A stretch of DNA of 64,000 nt, from NCBI GenBank assembly GCA_964413425.1, contig CAYPST010000011.1:1646-65645 (forward strand), written 5' to 3'. Numbering within the stretch: the stretch's first letter is position 1; every line of letters starts with the position of its first letter. A model generated the notes under the pieces. The model saw only the letters and a program-made list of their open reading frames with translations. It was not told the DNA's origin and ran no database searches. The position numbers were made by a program, and so were the translations under genes. This document shows, piece after piece, positions 49,229 through 62,323 of the stretch. This DNA is from an uncultured bacterium. GTDB lineage: Bacteria > Fidelibacterota > JAANXI01.

Positions 49229-50983
49229 ATGAGCAAAAGGCGATTTGAAACTATGACCCGGTTAAGACGCACACTTTCCTACACTGTAATAGTCTCATCC
49301 ACTCTCTTTTTCCTCTTGTTCTCCTGCGGTAGTGGAAGACAAGATACTGTGGCCGTAATCGACGGGGAGAAAATCCCGGTGGAATATTTTCTCTGGACCC
49401 AGCAATTGAACAATTTTAAGAACAGAAGTCTGGCTGAACAAACCGAGACCCTGGAAGAATTCTACCACAAACTACTTCGATCCCACGAAGCGCAACGGAT
49501 CGATTTTGACGGGAAAGAGCGCCTGGAGTGGGAAATTTTCTACCAGAAACGAACCGCCATTTTACAATCCATGTATCAGATGATGGTGCTGGATCCGATT
49601 GTCTCCGATGAGGATATTCGTGAGGCGTATAACAAGCTACAAGAGAATCGAACCCTCCGACATATCCTTATCAGTCACAGAGAATCTATGAATTTCACCC
49701 ACGATAGAACGAAATCCGAAGCGCTCACTCTTGCCAGGGATTTGAAAAGGAGAATCGAATCAGGCGACCTTCCGTTCGAAGAAGCTGCCAGAAAATACTC
49801 AAATAGTCCCCGAGCAGAAAGTGGGGGAAATCTCGGTGTCGTAACCTGGGGTGAGAGAGATGAAGATTTTCAGCGGGCTGCCTGGAACCTTCCGTTGCAA
49901 ACTTTATCCGATCCCGTGGAAACCAACTATGGATATCACCTTATCGAAGTGATAGATATCGACTCCACGGATCTCGGCAGTTATGCCGAGGCGTATCCCC
50001 GGATCAGACAGAGTCTGCTCACCTCTCGTCGAAATGAGATCGACCAGCGCGCCCAGGAAGCACTCCGGACAGTGATGACTGCGACAAACTTCAGTCTGAA
50101 TGACACCATCCTTTCGTCTCTTTCCTCCCAGTTGTATCGTTTGTACCAGCAGGCCAGCCATGATGCTAATGCGAACACGCCCACCCCAGACCTGGTTAAC
50201 CTGTTTAACACCATTGAGTATACCCCTATCGGAAGCATCAATGGGAATCCCATTTCACGAGAAGAGTTTTCCGAATTTTTGCAAGGAACACAGAATTATC
50301 GATTCAATGGACTTGCCCACGCCAACGACCTGTACGGTCGAATACGATCCCATTTCCAGCAGGACGCCTTTCTCCAGTATGCCGAACAACAGAATGTACC
50401 AGAATATGACGATACGAAATACCAACTTCGATCCATCGAGGATATGGCGTATAGTCGTGCATATCTGAATAACGTTGTGCTGAAAAATTTTCCTCCCACC
50501 GAAGATTCCCTGAGAGCATTTTACGAACGGGTAAAGACCGAGCGCTATGCAGATCCAGCACAGGTTCGGGTCAGAGAAATTTACGTGTCTGATAAGAATA
50601 TCGCCCATCAGCTGCAAGAACAATTACGGAATGGTTCCGACTTCGCTTCCCTCGCGCGCGAATATTCTGAACGAGATTCGTCTGCAAAAGCAGGGGGTGA
50701 TCTGGGGTGGTTCTCCACAGATCGGTACGGACCCATTGGCGACGCGGCAAAAACGATGAAACCCGGTGAAATACAGGGACCTTTTCGATTGGGTGTGGGA
50801 TGGTCCATTATTGAACTCACCGAGAAATCCCCTGTTACACCCGACCCTTTTGAGGAAATCAAGAAGACGGTGAGAAGCGACTATATCAGGCAATATCGGC
50901 CGCAACTTATTCAACAGAATATTGAACAACTGGAACAAAAATATACTAGCAGACTCAACTATGAAATTCTTGACGCCATTTAA
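49229..50983 (+). CDS. Parvulin-type peptidylprolyl isomerase lipoprotein with two PpiC domains
   Basis: Lipobox LFSC, RHILIS..GGNLG..YGYHLI, and REI..GGDLGWF..GWSII. Confidence 0.85.
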   Translation: MSKRRFETMTRLRRTLSYTVIVSSTLFFLLFSCGSGRQDTVAVIDGEKIPVEYFLWTQQLNNFKNRSLAEQTETLEEFYHKLLRSHEAQRIDFDGKERLEWEIFYQKRTAILQSMYQMMVLDPIVSDEDIREAYNKLQENRTLRHILISHRESMNFTHDRTKSEALTLARDLKRRIESGDLPFEEAARKYSNSPRAESGGNLGVVTWGERDEDFQRAAWNLPLQTLSDPVETNYGYHLIEVIDIDSTDLGSYAEAYPRIRQSLLTSRRNEIDQRAQEALRTVMTATNFSLNDTILSSLSSQLYRLYQQASHDANANTPTPDLVNLFNTIEYTPIGSINGNPISREEFSEFLQGTQNYRFNGLAHANDLYGRIRSHFQQDAFLQYAEQQNVPEYDDTKYQLRSIEDMAYSRAYLNNVVLKNFPPTEDSLRAFYERVKTERYADPAQVRVREIYVSDKNIAHQLQEQLRNGSDFASLAREYSERDSSAKAGGDLGWFSTDRYGPIGDAAKTMKPGEIQGPFRLGVGWSIIELTEKSPVTPDPFEEIKKTVRSDYIRQYRPQLIQQNIEQLEQKYTSRLNYEILDAI

Positions 50984-51815
50984 CAACCTGATCGCTTTAC
51001 TTATCACCGGTGCTTTTATACTGCTGTCGTGTGGACGAACCTCGCCTCCTGAAGATTATCTCGTTCGGGTGGAAGACTCCTACCTCACCATGGACGATAT
51101 GAAATTTATTTCAATTATCAATCCGGACGGAAAAGTACCAAAAGGGCAATTACAGAGTTTCCTGAATGAATGGATCAATACGGAAATGCTTGCCCAGCAA
51201 GCCTTAAAACATGATATAAACCAGGACCCCTACCTGAGAAGTCGCCTGGACTCCTATTATAAATCTTTACTTGCGGATACTTATATCCGATATCATATCT
51301 ATAAATCCATTTCCATATCTGACCAGGAAATCCAGAATTATTATAACGAACACAGACAAATTTTTATGTGGGAGCACGATGCCGCTGAGGTCGTCCACTA
51401 TTCCACTGACATACAGGATACGGCTCAGGTCATTTATAATATACTCCGTAATGGCACACCCGAAGAGAAATCGTTACTATATCAACGTAATCAACCAGAG
51501 ACTAAAATAATTACTTACCAGGATGTTATCCCGGAACTTGGAGACGTGATTTTCAATACAAAAGCTCAAGGTGTTTTAAATATCATAGAATCTGATTTTG
51601 GTTATCATATTGTCGTTGTGAAACAGCGGTTCAATGCGGGGTCGTATCAAAACATCGAACAGGTGAGAGATGAAATTCGAAAACGACTCATTGTAACCAA
51701 ACAGAAGAGATATTATTATCAGGTGTTAGACAGCCTGAAAGGGATTATGAATGTTGAAATCAACCAAGAGACTTATGAAAAATATGCCACGGAATCCGCT
51801 TCGTTCTCTGATTAG
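50961..51815 (+). CDS. PpiC-like peptidylprolyl isomerase / chaperone lipoprotein
   Basis: Lipobox LLSC and ESDFGYHIV. Start placed at the ATG 50961. Confidence 0.75.
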   Translation: MKFLTPFNNLIALLITGAFILLSCGRTSPPEDYLVRVEDSYLTMDDMKFISIINPDGKVPKGQLQSFLNEWINTEMLAQQALKHDINQDPYLRSRLDSYYKSLLADTYIRYHIYKSISISDQEIQNYYNEHRQIFMWEHDAAEVVHYSTDIQDTAQVIYNILRNGTPEEKSLLYQRNQPETKIITYQDVIPELGDVIFNTKAQGVLNIIESDFGYHIVVVKQRFNAGSYQNIEQVRDEIRKRLIVTKQKRYYYQVLDSLKGIMNVEINQETYEKYATESASFSD

Positions 51816-53106
51816 TATTTTCGTAATCATGTCAGGACTACTCGTTGCTCCGGCGAGAAGCCAGCAGCTTGTCGACGGGATTGCTGCGGTTGTTGAAGGT
51901 GAAATCATTCTTATGAGTGACGTTCAGCAATACGCAATGATGCAGGCGTATCAGATGGGTATAAACCCCTATCAGCGACCGCAGGAATTTCAACGCACTC
52001 TTCAAGAGCTGCAACCTCAGGTGCTCCAATTGTTGATTGATCAAAATATTATTAAAGCGAAAGCAGAAGAAGACTCCGTAATAATTAAAGAACATGAAAT
52101 AGAGCAGGCTCTGCAACAACAAATTGATAACATGGTTTCTCAGGTCGGGAGTGAGGAAGCACTGGAAGAGCAATTAAACATGTCCATCCGAGAAATCAGG
52201 AACGAATACCGCGATGAGGTGCATAAACGCTTACTGGTAGAGCGCTATCAGCAGACCAAATTTGCAAATATTTCCGTTTCACGCAGAGAAGTCGAGAAAT
52301 TTTACAAAGCTTACAAGGATAGTATTCCTGAAATGCCCAAAAGGGCCAATGTCTCTCATATCGTCATTAAAACTCAGCCCGGCACATCTGCAGATTCTCT
52401 GGCGGTCAGTCAACTGCGCGACATTAAATCAAAGATTCAGGAAGGTACCAGTTTTGAAGAACTTGCCCAGCAATACTCACAGGATCCTGGATCCAGAAGG
52501 CAGGGAGGTGATCTGGGTTTTGTCTCACGCGGCACGCTTGTACCTGAATTCGAACAAGTTGCCTTTTCGCTCCAGCAAGGAGAAATTTCCGACATTATTG
52601 AAACAGAGTTCGGCTATCACATAATCAAATTAGAAGAGCGCCGGGGTGAGAAAGTACACGTCCGACATATTCTCATTACACCACAGGCCACGCAACAAGA
52701 TAATCAGGCGGTCATCGACACACTGAATATGATACGAAATAAACTCCTGGGAGGAGCACCTTTTGACTCGCTTGCACTTGAGTATTCTCAGGATACCGAT
52801 GTACAGAGAAATCGCGGCACTCTGGGATGGATTGAATTACCAAACTTCCAGATTCCTGAATTCCGCCAGGTCGTCGATACAATGAAAGCAGGACAAATCA
52901 GTGAACCATTTCAGACACAACTCGGATGGCATATTGTCAAATTAAACGATGTGAGAGAAGGCGGAGAAGTCACCTTGAAAAACAATTGGGCGGAAATCGA
53001 ACAGATGGTTCTTCAACAAAAAAGATCTGAAGAATATCAACGCTGGTTGGATAATCTTCGCTCCAATTTCTATGTCGATATAAAAATACAAGATTTCCAA
53101 TTATGA
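51751..53106 (+). CDS. surA: SurA-like periplasmic chaperone/PPIase (start may be 51775 or 51784)
   Basis: LVDGIAAVVEGEIILMSD and two rotamase domains (YSQDPGS..GGDLGF..PEFEQVAF; GWHIVKL). Confidence 0.85.
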   Translation: MLKSTKRLMKNMPRNPLRSLISIFVIMSGLLVAPARSQQLVDGIAAVVEGEIILMSDVQQYAMMQAYQMGINPYQRPQEFQRTLQELQPQVLQLLIDQNIIKAKAEEDSVIIKEHEIEQALQQQIDNMVSQVGSEEALEEQLNMSIREIRNEYRDEVHKRLLVERYQQTKFANISVSRREVEKFYKAYKDSIPEMPKRANVSHIVIKTQPGTSADSLAVSQLRDIKSKIQEGTSFEELAQQYSQDPGSRRQGGDLGFVSRGTLVPEFEQVAFSLQQGEISDIIETEFGYHIIKLEERRGEKVHVRHILITPQATQQDNQAVIDTLNMIRNKLLGGAPFDSLALEYSQDTDVQRNRGTLGWIELPNFQIPEFRQVVDTMKAGQISEPFQTQLGWHIVKLNDVREGGEVTLKNNWAEIEQMVLQQKRSEEYQRWLDNLRSNFYVDIKIQDFQL

Positions 53107-53124
53107 TATTTATTCTGGATAATT

Positions 53125-53382
53125 GAGTCTGTTTAAAAAACGCCTCGCCCCGAAGGGAGGCTCCGAAGTCCCAGAAGGTCCAAGGGACTCCTGGGGAAGT
53201 CTCTTCGAGGTTTTCGGCAAAGAGATCCCGTGACGACGGGACAAAGATCACCAAGGACGCAAAGAAACAATGAATAATTGTCTCCTGGATCCCGAAAAAT
53301 ATGTGGGAACTATATTCGGTACCTACTCCATGGAAGCCGGGCGCAACAGTTTGTCGAGACGTACTGTTTTCTAAACACTCTC
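53125..53382 (+). mobile_element. MITE family 1, 258-bp copy with an expanded hairpin cassette
   Basis: GAGTCTGTTTAAAAAA...TTTTCTAAACACTCTC with the core GAGATCCCGTGACGACGGGACAAA. No convincing target duplication. Confidence 0.85.
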
Positions 53383-53621
53383 ATATGTATAATAAATGTA
53401 TATGGCTATTAAATCTATTCAGGGACATCAAAGGTAAGCAAGGCGAACGGGATACTTTCCGACCTTGGGGACACTCCTCATGTGCTGTAGAGCCGTTGCA
53501 TGTCGAAGATCCCCATCCAATCGGCGAAACGGCTCTCCAATCCAGATTAAGCATCCAAATCCTTGCTTTCCTGCTTGGTTGAATGTCCATATACACCTGC
53601 AATTCTTCCTGTAAAAAGAAC

Positions 53622-54030
53622 TTACCCACAAGTTTTTCCACAATTGGAGCCTCAAAGATGTTGATATCTTTTTTTTTGACATTTTCATTCATCTCATACA
53701 CACATATACACATATTTTTCTTTTCTATCCACACGAATCCCTCATCGATGTGAACAAAATAATTACAATCTTTGTTGTTCTAATGCTCTTCAGAAGTAAT
53801 GGAGTTTTCAGTTATTCACATATCCACACTACTTATTATTATAAAAAATATAGATATCCAAATAGTAGAATTTTAATTTAGTGTTGATAAAATATTCTGG
53901 TCTATATTATCTCATATTTCTGGTTCAATTGAAGAAAAAATCCTTGTTGTAGTACCGAAATATAAGTATTTTTACAAGTAAAATTAAAATAACCAAATCC
54001 TTGATATTTCAATGCTTTAGTAAGTTTCTA
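53622..54030. other. Candidate chromosomal replication origin (oriC)
   Basis: One-mismatch DnaA boxes at 53622, 53634, 53725, 53812, 53820 and 53882 (reverse). CTACTTATTATTAT trio-like repeats follow the overlapping box pair, then an AT-rich tract. The region lies directly upstream of dnaN, and the C>G to G>C skew switch seems to fall here. Confidence 0.75.
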
Positions 54031-54043
54031 TAGGAGACGGACT

Positions 54044-55159
54044 ATGCGATTCTCGGTTGGAAACTCTGTTTTACATAACGCTATTCAGCAAGTGGCAAAG
54101 GTTGCGCCGTCTCGTTCGACCCTTCCTATCTTGAATTGTATACTATTTACGGCGATAGATAATAGTTTAACTCTGCGGACCACGGATTTGGAAATCACTA
54201 TGCAGACAGCGATACCGGTAATGACGGAACGGGAGGGTGCCGTCGCTATTCCGGCGAGGTTCATCAGCGATATTACCAGTGAATTACCCGATACGTCTCT
54301 GCAATTTTCAATGAAAGAAGGTTTCCAGTTGGAACTCGTCACGGAATTCGGAGATTACCATATTGCCGGAAAAGATCCCGAAGAATTTCCGGCCCTTCCT
54401 ACCATGGATGAACAACAAACAGTAGTGATCGAGAATGCTATACTGCATCGACTTATTGATAAAACAGCCTTTGCTGTTTCAAAAGATGAATTAAAACCTG
54501 CGTTAACAGGGGTGTTATTTCAGTTTTCAGCAGACAGAATTAACGCTGTGGCAACCGATGGCCATCGGTTGTCCAAATGCGTCAGGACGGATGTCAATCC
54601 GCTCAGTTACGAAGGGGATGTAATTATTCCAACGAAATTTCTAAATATCGTGAGCAGTGACCTTAATAGTGATGGGGAAACCCACCTGCAGGTGGGGGAA
54701 AATCATGTGAAAATTGAATTTCATACCTCGGTCATTTACACCCGAATTATTAACGAACGATTCCCGGATTACGAAAGTGTGATCCCTCCGGATAATGAGA
54801 AGTTAGCCGTACTGAATATAGATCGAGTCCTATCAACCTTGAAACGAGTAAATATTTTTGCAAATAAATCAACGCATCAGGTTGTGTTTAATTTCAACAC
54901 CAATAAATTGCACGTGTCTACGGAAAATGCTGAGAACAATTCCTCGGCACAGGAGGAACTGGAGATTGACTATACTGCAGAGGATCTAACACTGGGATAC
55001 AACGCTTCATATGTGATGGACATACTTCGGCATCTGGATACTGAAGAAGCGATAGTTAAACTGAAGTCTCCGATAAGCGCCAGTTTAATATATCCCACCG
55101 ACCAACAGCCGGATGAAGACATTACAATGTTATTAATGCCTATCCGCTTAAAAGAATAG
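54044..55159 (+). CDS. dnaN: DNA polymerase III beta sliding clamp
   Basis: TLPILNC, TTDLE, VATDGHRL, FPDYESVIP and MLLMPIR motifs. Confidence 0.96.
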   Translation: MRFSVGNSVLHNAIQQVAKVAPSRSTLPILNCILFTAIDNSLTLRTTDLEITMQTAIPVMTEREGAVAIPARFISDITSELPDTSLQFSMKEGFQLELVTEFGDYHIAGKDPEEFPALPTMDEQQTVVIENAILHRLIDKTAFAVSKDELKPALTGVLFQFSADRINAVATDGHRLSKCVRTDVNPLSYEGDVIIPTKFLNIVSSDLNSDGETHLQVGENHVKIEFHTSVIYTRIINERFPDYESVIPPDNEKLAVLNIDRVLSTLKRVNIFANKSTHQVVFNFNTNKLHVSTENAENNSSAQEELEIDYTAEDLTLGYNASYVMDILRHLDTEEAIVKLKSPISASLIYPTDQQPDEDITMLLMPIRLKE

Positions 55160-55223
55160 ATCAGCTGGAATTCACGCACCGGATGTTTCTTTTGAAGGAA
55201 GTTTTTCAAATTCAGACGATACT

Positions 55224-56347
55224 ATGGCCATTGTTCGTATTGCTATGAGTCAGTTCCGCAATTATCAACACGCTGAATTTGAGTTTGCTTCGAGTATGAA
55301 TATTCTGTATGGGCCAAACGGAACCGGCAAGACCAGTGTCCTGGAGGCGGTGCATTGTCTGGCAGTAACCAAAAGTTTTCGAACCACATTCGACAAAGAA
55401 TTGGTGAAACACGGCGAAGATTTTTATCAGATTACGGGCCAATTCACCACGGGAGAGAGCAGGGATACAGTCCAGTTAAATTATGTGACCAATCAGGGGA
55501 AAAAGGTGTTTCTCAATAACCAGGAACACCGGAAACTTTCTTCAATTATTGGCCGATATCCTGTAGTGACGCTTACTCCGGAAGATTCGGAAGTGACATT
55601 CGGAGCCCCTTCAGTTCGCCGCCGATATCTTAACAAAATTATGTCGCAGGGTTCTGGAGATCATATGCATCAGCTTATTCAGTTGAAAAACATCCTTCAA
55701 CAGCGGAACGCTGTTCTTCAGGATGCCGCGGACTTTCGCTCGGGACAGATCGATCCCACCTTGATGTCCGTTTATGATGACCAGCTGATTCAAGTCTCAG
55801 AGAAGATAGCAGTGGCCCGACAGGAGTTTCTCCATCAGTTTCGACCCGTTTTTCAATCTGTATTCCGGTCGCTCAGCGATCAGGACCGATCGATGGCTTT
55901 ACGATATACGCCATCTGTTCGCTATGAATCGTCTGTGCAGTTTGACCGGGATTTTCGCAAGGCTCTTCAGGAGCGCCGGAATCAGGAACTCGGTTTTCGC
56001 CGTACCGTCGTGGGTCCCCAAAGTGATATTTTTGATATTTATCTTGATGGCAAGAGTCTGCGTAAATATGGATCGCAGGGGGAACATAAGCTGGTGCTTA
56101 TCGCTTTAAAACTGGCGGAAGGACGGTATTTACGAGAAAACATGGAGACACCTCCCATTTTTTTATTTGATGATCTTTTTGCAGAACTCGATGTGGTGCG
56201 AAGCCAAAATGTACTGGATGCCATGGATACGGGCGGACAGATCCTCATAACCTCCACCGATCTAAACGATGTACGGGAACACGGGATCCGGATTTCTGAT
56301 GGAGATACAGCGATGTTTGATTTATCAGACGCAGAAGATCATGAGGC

Positions 56348-56351
<4 letters not shown>
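55224..56351 (+). CDS. recF: DNA replication/repair protein RecF
   Basis: GPNGTGKTSVLEA, YGSQGE and FLFDDLFAELD motifs. Confidence 0.95.
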
Positions 56352-58574
<2,223 letters not shown>

Positions 58575-58609
58575 GATAATCATTCATCATCTCAAACAGG
58601 ATGTAAACT

Positions 58610-58627
58610 CCGAAGGAATGCCTTCGG
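58610..58627. repeat. Stand-alone REP-like hairpin CCGAAGG-AATG-CCTTCGG
   Basis: A perfect 7-bp stem, nearly identical to the module inside the MITE copy at 36985 (CCGAAGGGATGCCTTCGGCAAAGAG). Confidence 0.65.
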
Positions 58628-58647
58628 CATAAGAGAGGAAGTATAGA

Positions 58648-61086
58648 GTGGATCTACAGCGGGAACGGGTTATCCCGGTTAGTCTGAATGATGAGATGCG
58701 GGATTCGTATCTCGACTACTCGATGTCAGTTATTGTCTCCCGAGCACTCCCCGATGTGCGGGACGGACTTAAGCCGGTTCACAGGCGCGTGCTCTACGGT
58801 ATGCAGGATTTGGGGCTAACCTATAATCGACCGTATAAGAAAAGTGCACGGATTGTCGGTGAGGTGCTGGGAAAGTACCATCCTCATGGTGATTCCGCGG
58901 TGTATGATACCCTGGTTCGGATGGTACAGGAATTTTCTCTGCGTTATCCGTTGGTGGATGGCCAGGGCAATTTCGGGTCGATTGACGGCGACAGTGCGGC
59001 GGCTATGCGGTATACGGAAGCGCGGATGTCCCGGATTGCCGGAGAGATGCTCCGGGATCTGGAAAAGGAAACCGTGGAATTCGTCCTGAATTTCGATGAT
59101 ACCTTGGAGGAACCCAGAGTACTTCCGGCTGTGCTGCCGAACCTGCTGGTAAACGGCGCCAGTGGGATTGCAGTCGGGATGTCTACAAATATTCCACCTC
59201 ATAATCTCTCGGAAGTGGTGGATGGATTAGTAACCCTGATTGAAGATCCGGCAGGTGAGGTGGACGATCTGATGCAGAATATCACGGGCCCCGATTTCCC
59301 GACCGGAGCGATTATTTACGGTGACAATGGGATTCGTGAGGCCTATGCCACCGGCCGGGGAAAGATTACCATGCGGGCGCGGGCTACCACCGAAACGGTG
59401 AAAGGAAATCGCGAAAACATCGTGGTCACTGAACTGCCGTACCAGGTGAATAAAGCGACGCTGATTGAGCGAATTGCGCATCTGGTTCGGGCTGATCGAG
59501 TCACCGGGATCTCGGATGTCCGTGATGAATCGGACAAAGAGGGCATCCGGATTGTCATTGAGTTGAAGCGGGATGAAGTGGCCCAGGTCGTGCTGAACCA
59601 GCTCTTCAAGCACACCCAGATGCAGGAAACGTTCGGAGTCATCGGGATAGCATTGGTCGAGGGCGTTCCGCGAGTGCTGACACTGAAGGAAATGTTGCAG
59701 CACTTCATTGACTTTCGCCATGACATCGTGGTGCGGAGAACGGAATATGACCTGAGGAAAGCCCAGGAGCGAGCCCATCTCCTGGAAGGATATAAAGTCG
59801 CGCTGGATAACCTGGATGAAGTGATCCGGATTATTCGCGGTTCTGACAGCCCATCGGATGCCAAGGAGCGGTTGATGGAGAGGTTTGATTTCTCGGATGC
59901 CCAGGCCCAGGCGATTCTGGATATGCGGCTTTCCCGCTTAACCAGCATGGAAATTCAGAAAGTCGTTGACGAGTACAAGGAAACCCTGCAGTTGATTGAG
60001 AAACTGGAGGGGATTCTTGCCAGCCGGCCTCAGCGTATGGGGATTATCAAAGAGGAGTTATTATCCCTGAAGGAACAATACGGGGACGACCGGCGGACAG
60101 AAATCATCGAAGATGCGGAGGAGTTCTCCATCGAGGACATGATCGCCGAGGAAGATATGGTGGTAACCGTAACGCATTCCGGCTATATCAAGCGCAGTCC
60201 GGTCAGTACGTTTCGCCGCCAGCGGCGTGGCGGAAGAGGCCTGCAGGGGGCCGGTACCAGAGAAGATGATTTTGTCGAACATCTCTTTATTGCTTCGACT
60301 CATGATTATATGCTCTTTTTTACAGAGCTCGGCATGGTGCACTGGTTAAAGGTGCATGAGATTCCCCAGGCCGGTCGGTCTTCCCGGGGGCGCGCAATCG
60401 TGAATATCCTGCAGCTGCAGGAAGGAGAAGGTGTGTCAGCCTTCCTGAATGTGAAGGAGTTTACGGCAGATCATTATGTGACAATGTGTACGAGAGGTGG
60501 CCTCGTAAAGAAGACGGAATTATCGGCGTATGCCCATCCGCAGCGAGGGGGTATCTATGCGATTGATATCAAGGAAGGCGATCGATTGATCGACGTAAGT
60601 CTGACGGACGGATTAAGTGATATCATTCTGGGAACCAGGAACGGAAAATCGATTCGATTCAACGAGAGCGATGTCCGGCCGACCGGCAGGCGTACTCAGG
60701 GTGTCAAAGGGGTGAGTTTGACGAGTGAGGAAGACGATGTTATAGGAATGGTAATTGTCAAACGGGAGGGCACTGTGCTTGCCGTATCGGAAAATGGGTA
60801 TGGAAAGCGAACCGATATATTGAATTATCCGATCCAGGGACGCGGCGGAAAAGGTGTCATCACCATGAAAACCTCCAAGAAAATCGGCAAGATGATCGCG
60901 CTGAAAGAAGTCGTAGACAATGACGATCTTATGATTATCACTCAAAAGGGTGTGCTGATCCGTCAGCCGGTAAAAAATATCTCCACCATAGGACGAAATA
61001 CCCAGGGAGTGAAACTCATCCGGTTAGATGATGGCGATTGTATTGCAGGTGTGACCCGGGTGGTGAAAAATGAAGGCGAGAGTTAA
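58648..61086 (+). CDS. gyrA: DNA gyrase subunit A
   Basis: [23 protein letters not shown], GyrA-box QRRGGRG and C-terminal beta-pinwheel repeats. Confidence 0.98.
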   Translation: MDLQRERVIPVSLNDEMRDSYLDYSMSVIVSRALPDVRDGLKPVHRRVLYGMQDLGLTYNRPYKKSARIVGEVLGKYHPHGDSAVYDTLVRMVQEFSLRYPLVDGQGNFGSIDGDSAAAMRYTEARMSRIAGEMLRDLEKETVEFVLNFDDTLEEPRVLPAVLPNLLVNGASGIAVGMSTNIPPHNLSEVVDGLVTLIEDPAGEVDDLMQNITGPDFPTGAIIYGDNGIREAYATGRGKITMRARATTETVKGNRENIVVTELPYQVNKATLIERIAHLVRADRVTGISDVRDESDKEGIRIVIELKRDEVAQVVLNQLFKHTQMQETFGVIGIALVEGVPRVLTLKEMLQHFIDFRHDIVVRRTEYDLRKAQERAHLLEGYKVALDNLDEVIRIIRGSDSPSDAKERLMERFDFSDAQAQAILDMRLSRLTSMEIQKVVDEYKETLQLIEKLEGILASRPQRMGIIKEELLSLKEQYGDDRRTEIIEDAEEFSIEDMIAEEDMVVTVTHSGYIKRSPVSTFRRQRRGGRGLQGAGTREDDFVEHLFIASTHDYMLFFTELGMVHWLKVHEIPQAGRSSRGRAIVNILQLQEGEGVSAFLNVKEFTADHYVTMCTRGGLVKKTELSAYAHPQRGGIYAIDIKEGDRLIDVSLTDGLSDIILGTRNGKSIRFNESDVRPTGRRTQGVKGVSLTSEEDDVIGMVIVKREGTVLAVSENGYGKRTDILNYPIQGRGGKGVITMKTSKKIGKMIALKEVVDNDDLMIITQKGVLIRQPVKNISTIGRNTQGVKLIRLDDGDCIAGVTRVVKNEGES

Positions 61087-61272
61087 GAGGCGGACGGTCC
61101 GGCTATGACCCAGTATGACCCTGTATTTCAATACGGATTTCAACAATGTCCTATTGTAGCGTTCATAGTCCCAAATGAAGTATGGTGTGGGCTGTTCAGG
61201 GACAGGATCTATGACATGGGTATGGTCGCGAATAATTCTTTTTACTTGCTTTAGGAGACAAGAGCAGATACT

Positions 61273-61995
61273 TTGAAATCTTTGGAGAGACAACATACCA
61301 TAGAAGAGCGGCTGGCAGCATTAAACGATCGTATTGAAACTGCCGCTGCCAGGACAGGGCGATCCGGAAGTGATATCGTCATAATAGCCGTAACCAAGAC
61401 TCATCCCATAGAGACAATTCTCGCGGCAATTGAACAAGGAATTACACATTTCGGGGAGAGCAGAGTCCAGGAAGCAGAAGCGAAAATACCGCAGTTAGAG
61501 CAGCAGAACATCACCTGGCACATGGTGGGACACCTGCAGAGGAATAAAGCGAACGACGCTCTCCGGATGTTTCATCGCTTGCACAGTCTGGACAGCAAGC
61601 GGCTGGCACGCCGGCTCCAGCAGCAGTTGGAGAAACTCGAGATGTCTTCATATCCGACCTATGTCCAGGTGAACACCTCAGGTGAGAAGAGTAAATATGG
61701 AATTCTCCCGGAAGAATTACCGCCTTTACTGGACCTTGTCTCAAAAGAATGTCCCCGGATTCAAATCGAAGGCTTGATGACAATCGCCCCGTTTGTTGAT
61801 GATGAATCCATCTTGAGAAAGACCTTTCGGGGACTCAAAAGGCTGCAGGAGACTTCAGATGTGCAGGGGTATCCCAACGTGGAATTACAGGATCTTTCTA
61901 TGGGTATGACTAATGATTATGAAATCGCTATCGAAGAAGGAGCCACGCATCTTCGGATAGGGCGGGCAATTTTTGGAAAACGTCGGAGTAGATAA
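61273..61995 (+). CDS. yggS: PLP homeostasis protein YggS/PLPBP
   Basis: AVTKT (PLP Lys), GESRVQE, WHMVGHLQRNK, LSMGMTNDY and RIGRAIFG motifs. Confidence 0.95.
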   Translation: MKSLERQHTIEERLAALNDRIETAAARTGRSGSDIVIIAVTKTHPIETILAAIEQGITHFGESRVQEAEAKIPQLEQQNITWHMVGHLQRNKANDALRMFHRLHSLDSKRLARRLQQQLEKLEMSSYPTYVQVNTSGEKSKYGILPEELPPLLDLVSKECPRIQIEGLMTIAPFVDDESILRKTFRGLKRLQETSDVQGYPNVELQDLSMGMTNDYEIAIEEGATHLRIGRAIFGKRRSR

Positions 61996-62309
61996 TGTCT
62001 ATCATTGGAAATCTTATTATCGCCATTGCCAAGATACTGGAAATTGTAATAAACGTGTATTACTGGTTGTTGATTATTCGGGTTCTCCTCTCCTGGATTC
62101 CGGTCAATCGGAATCATCAGCTGGTAATTCTCCTGGAAAATTTGACAGATCCGGTACTCAATCTGGTGAAACGGTACGTCCCGATATTTCGCAGCCACCG
62201 TTCCATGGGATTTGATTTTACCCCGTTAGTGGTGCTGGTTGCATTATATTTCATTGATATCTTTTTAGTCCAATCACTATTTGATCTTGGCAATGCCTTA
62301 GTATCATAA
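61995..62309 (+). CDS. yggT: YggT family membrane protein
   Basis: IIRVLLSW..LTDPVL..FDFTPLV. Confidence 0.92.
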   Translation: MSIIGNLIIAIAKILEIVINVYYWLLIIRVLLSWIPVNRNHQLVILLENLTDPVLNLVKRYVPIFRSHRSMGFDFTPLVVLVALYFIDIFLVQSLFDLGNALVS

Positions 62310-62323
62310 AGGAGTATAGAACC

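Noticed and set aside
50961-51815. Degenerate rotamase motif as a fourth pseudoenzyme
   Set aside because: Divergent PpiC-like chaperones beside surA are common in FCB bacteria, so this is not unusual.
36985-53382. MITE copies at 36985 and 53125 as recombination substrates for the proposed inversion
   Set aside because: They are in direct orientation and have different right arms. Recombination between them would delete, not invert, the segment.
53301-53734. ORFs in the surA-dnaN interval
   Set aside because: They overlap the MITE and the DnaA-box cluster, lack RBS or family motifs, and are most likely chance frames.
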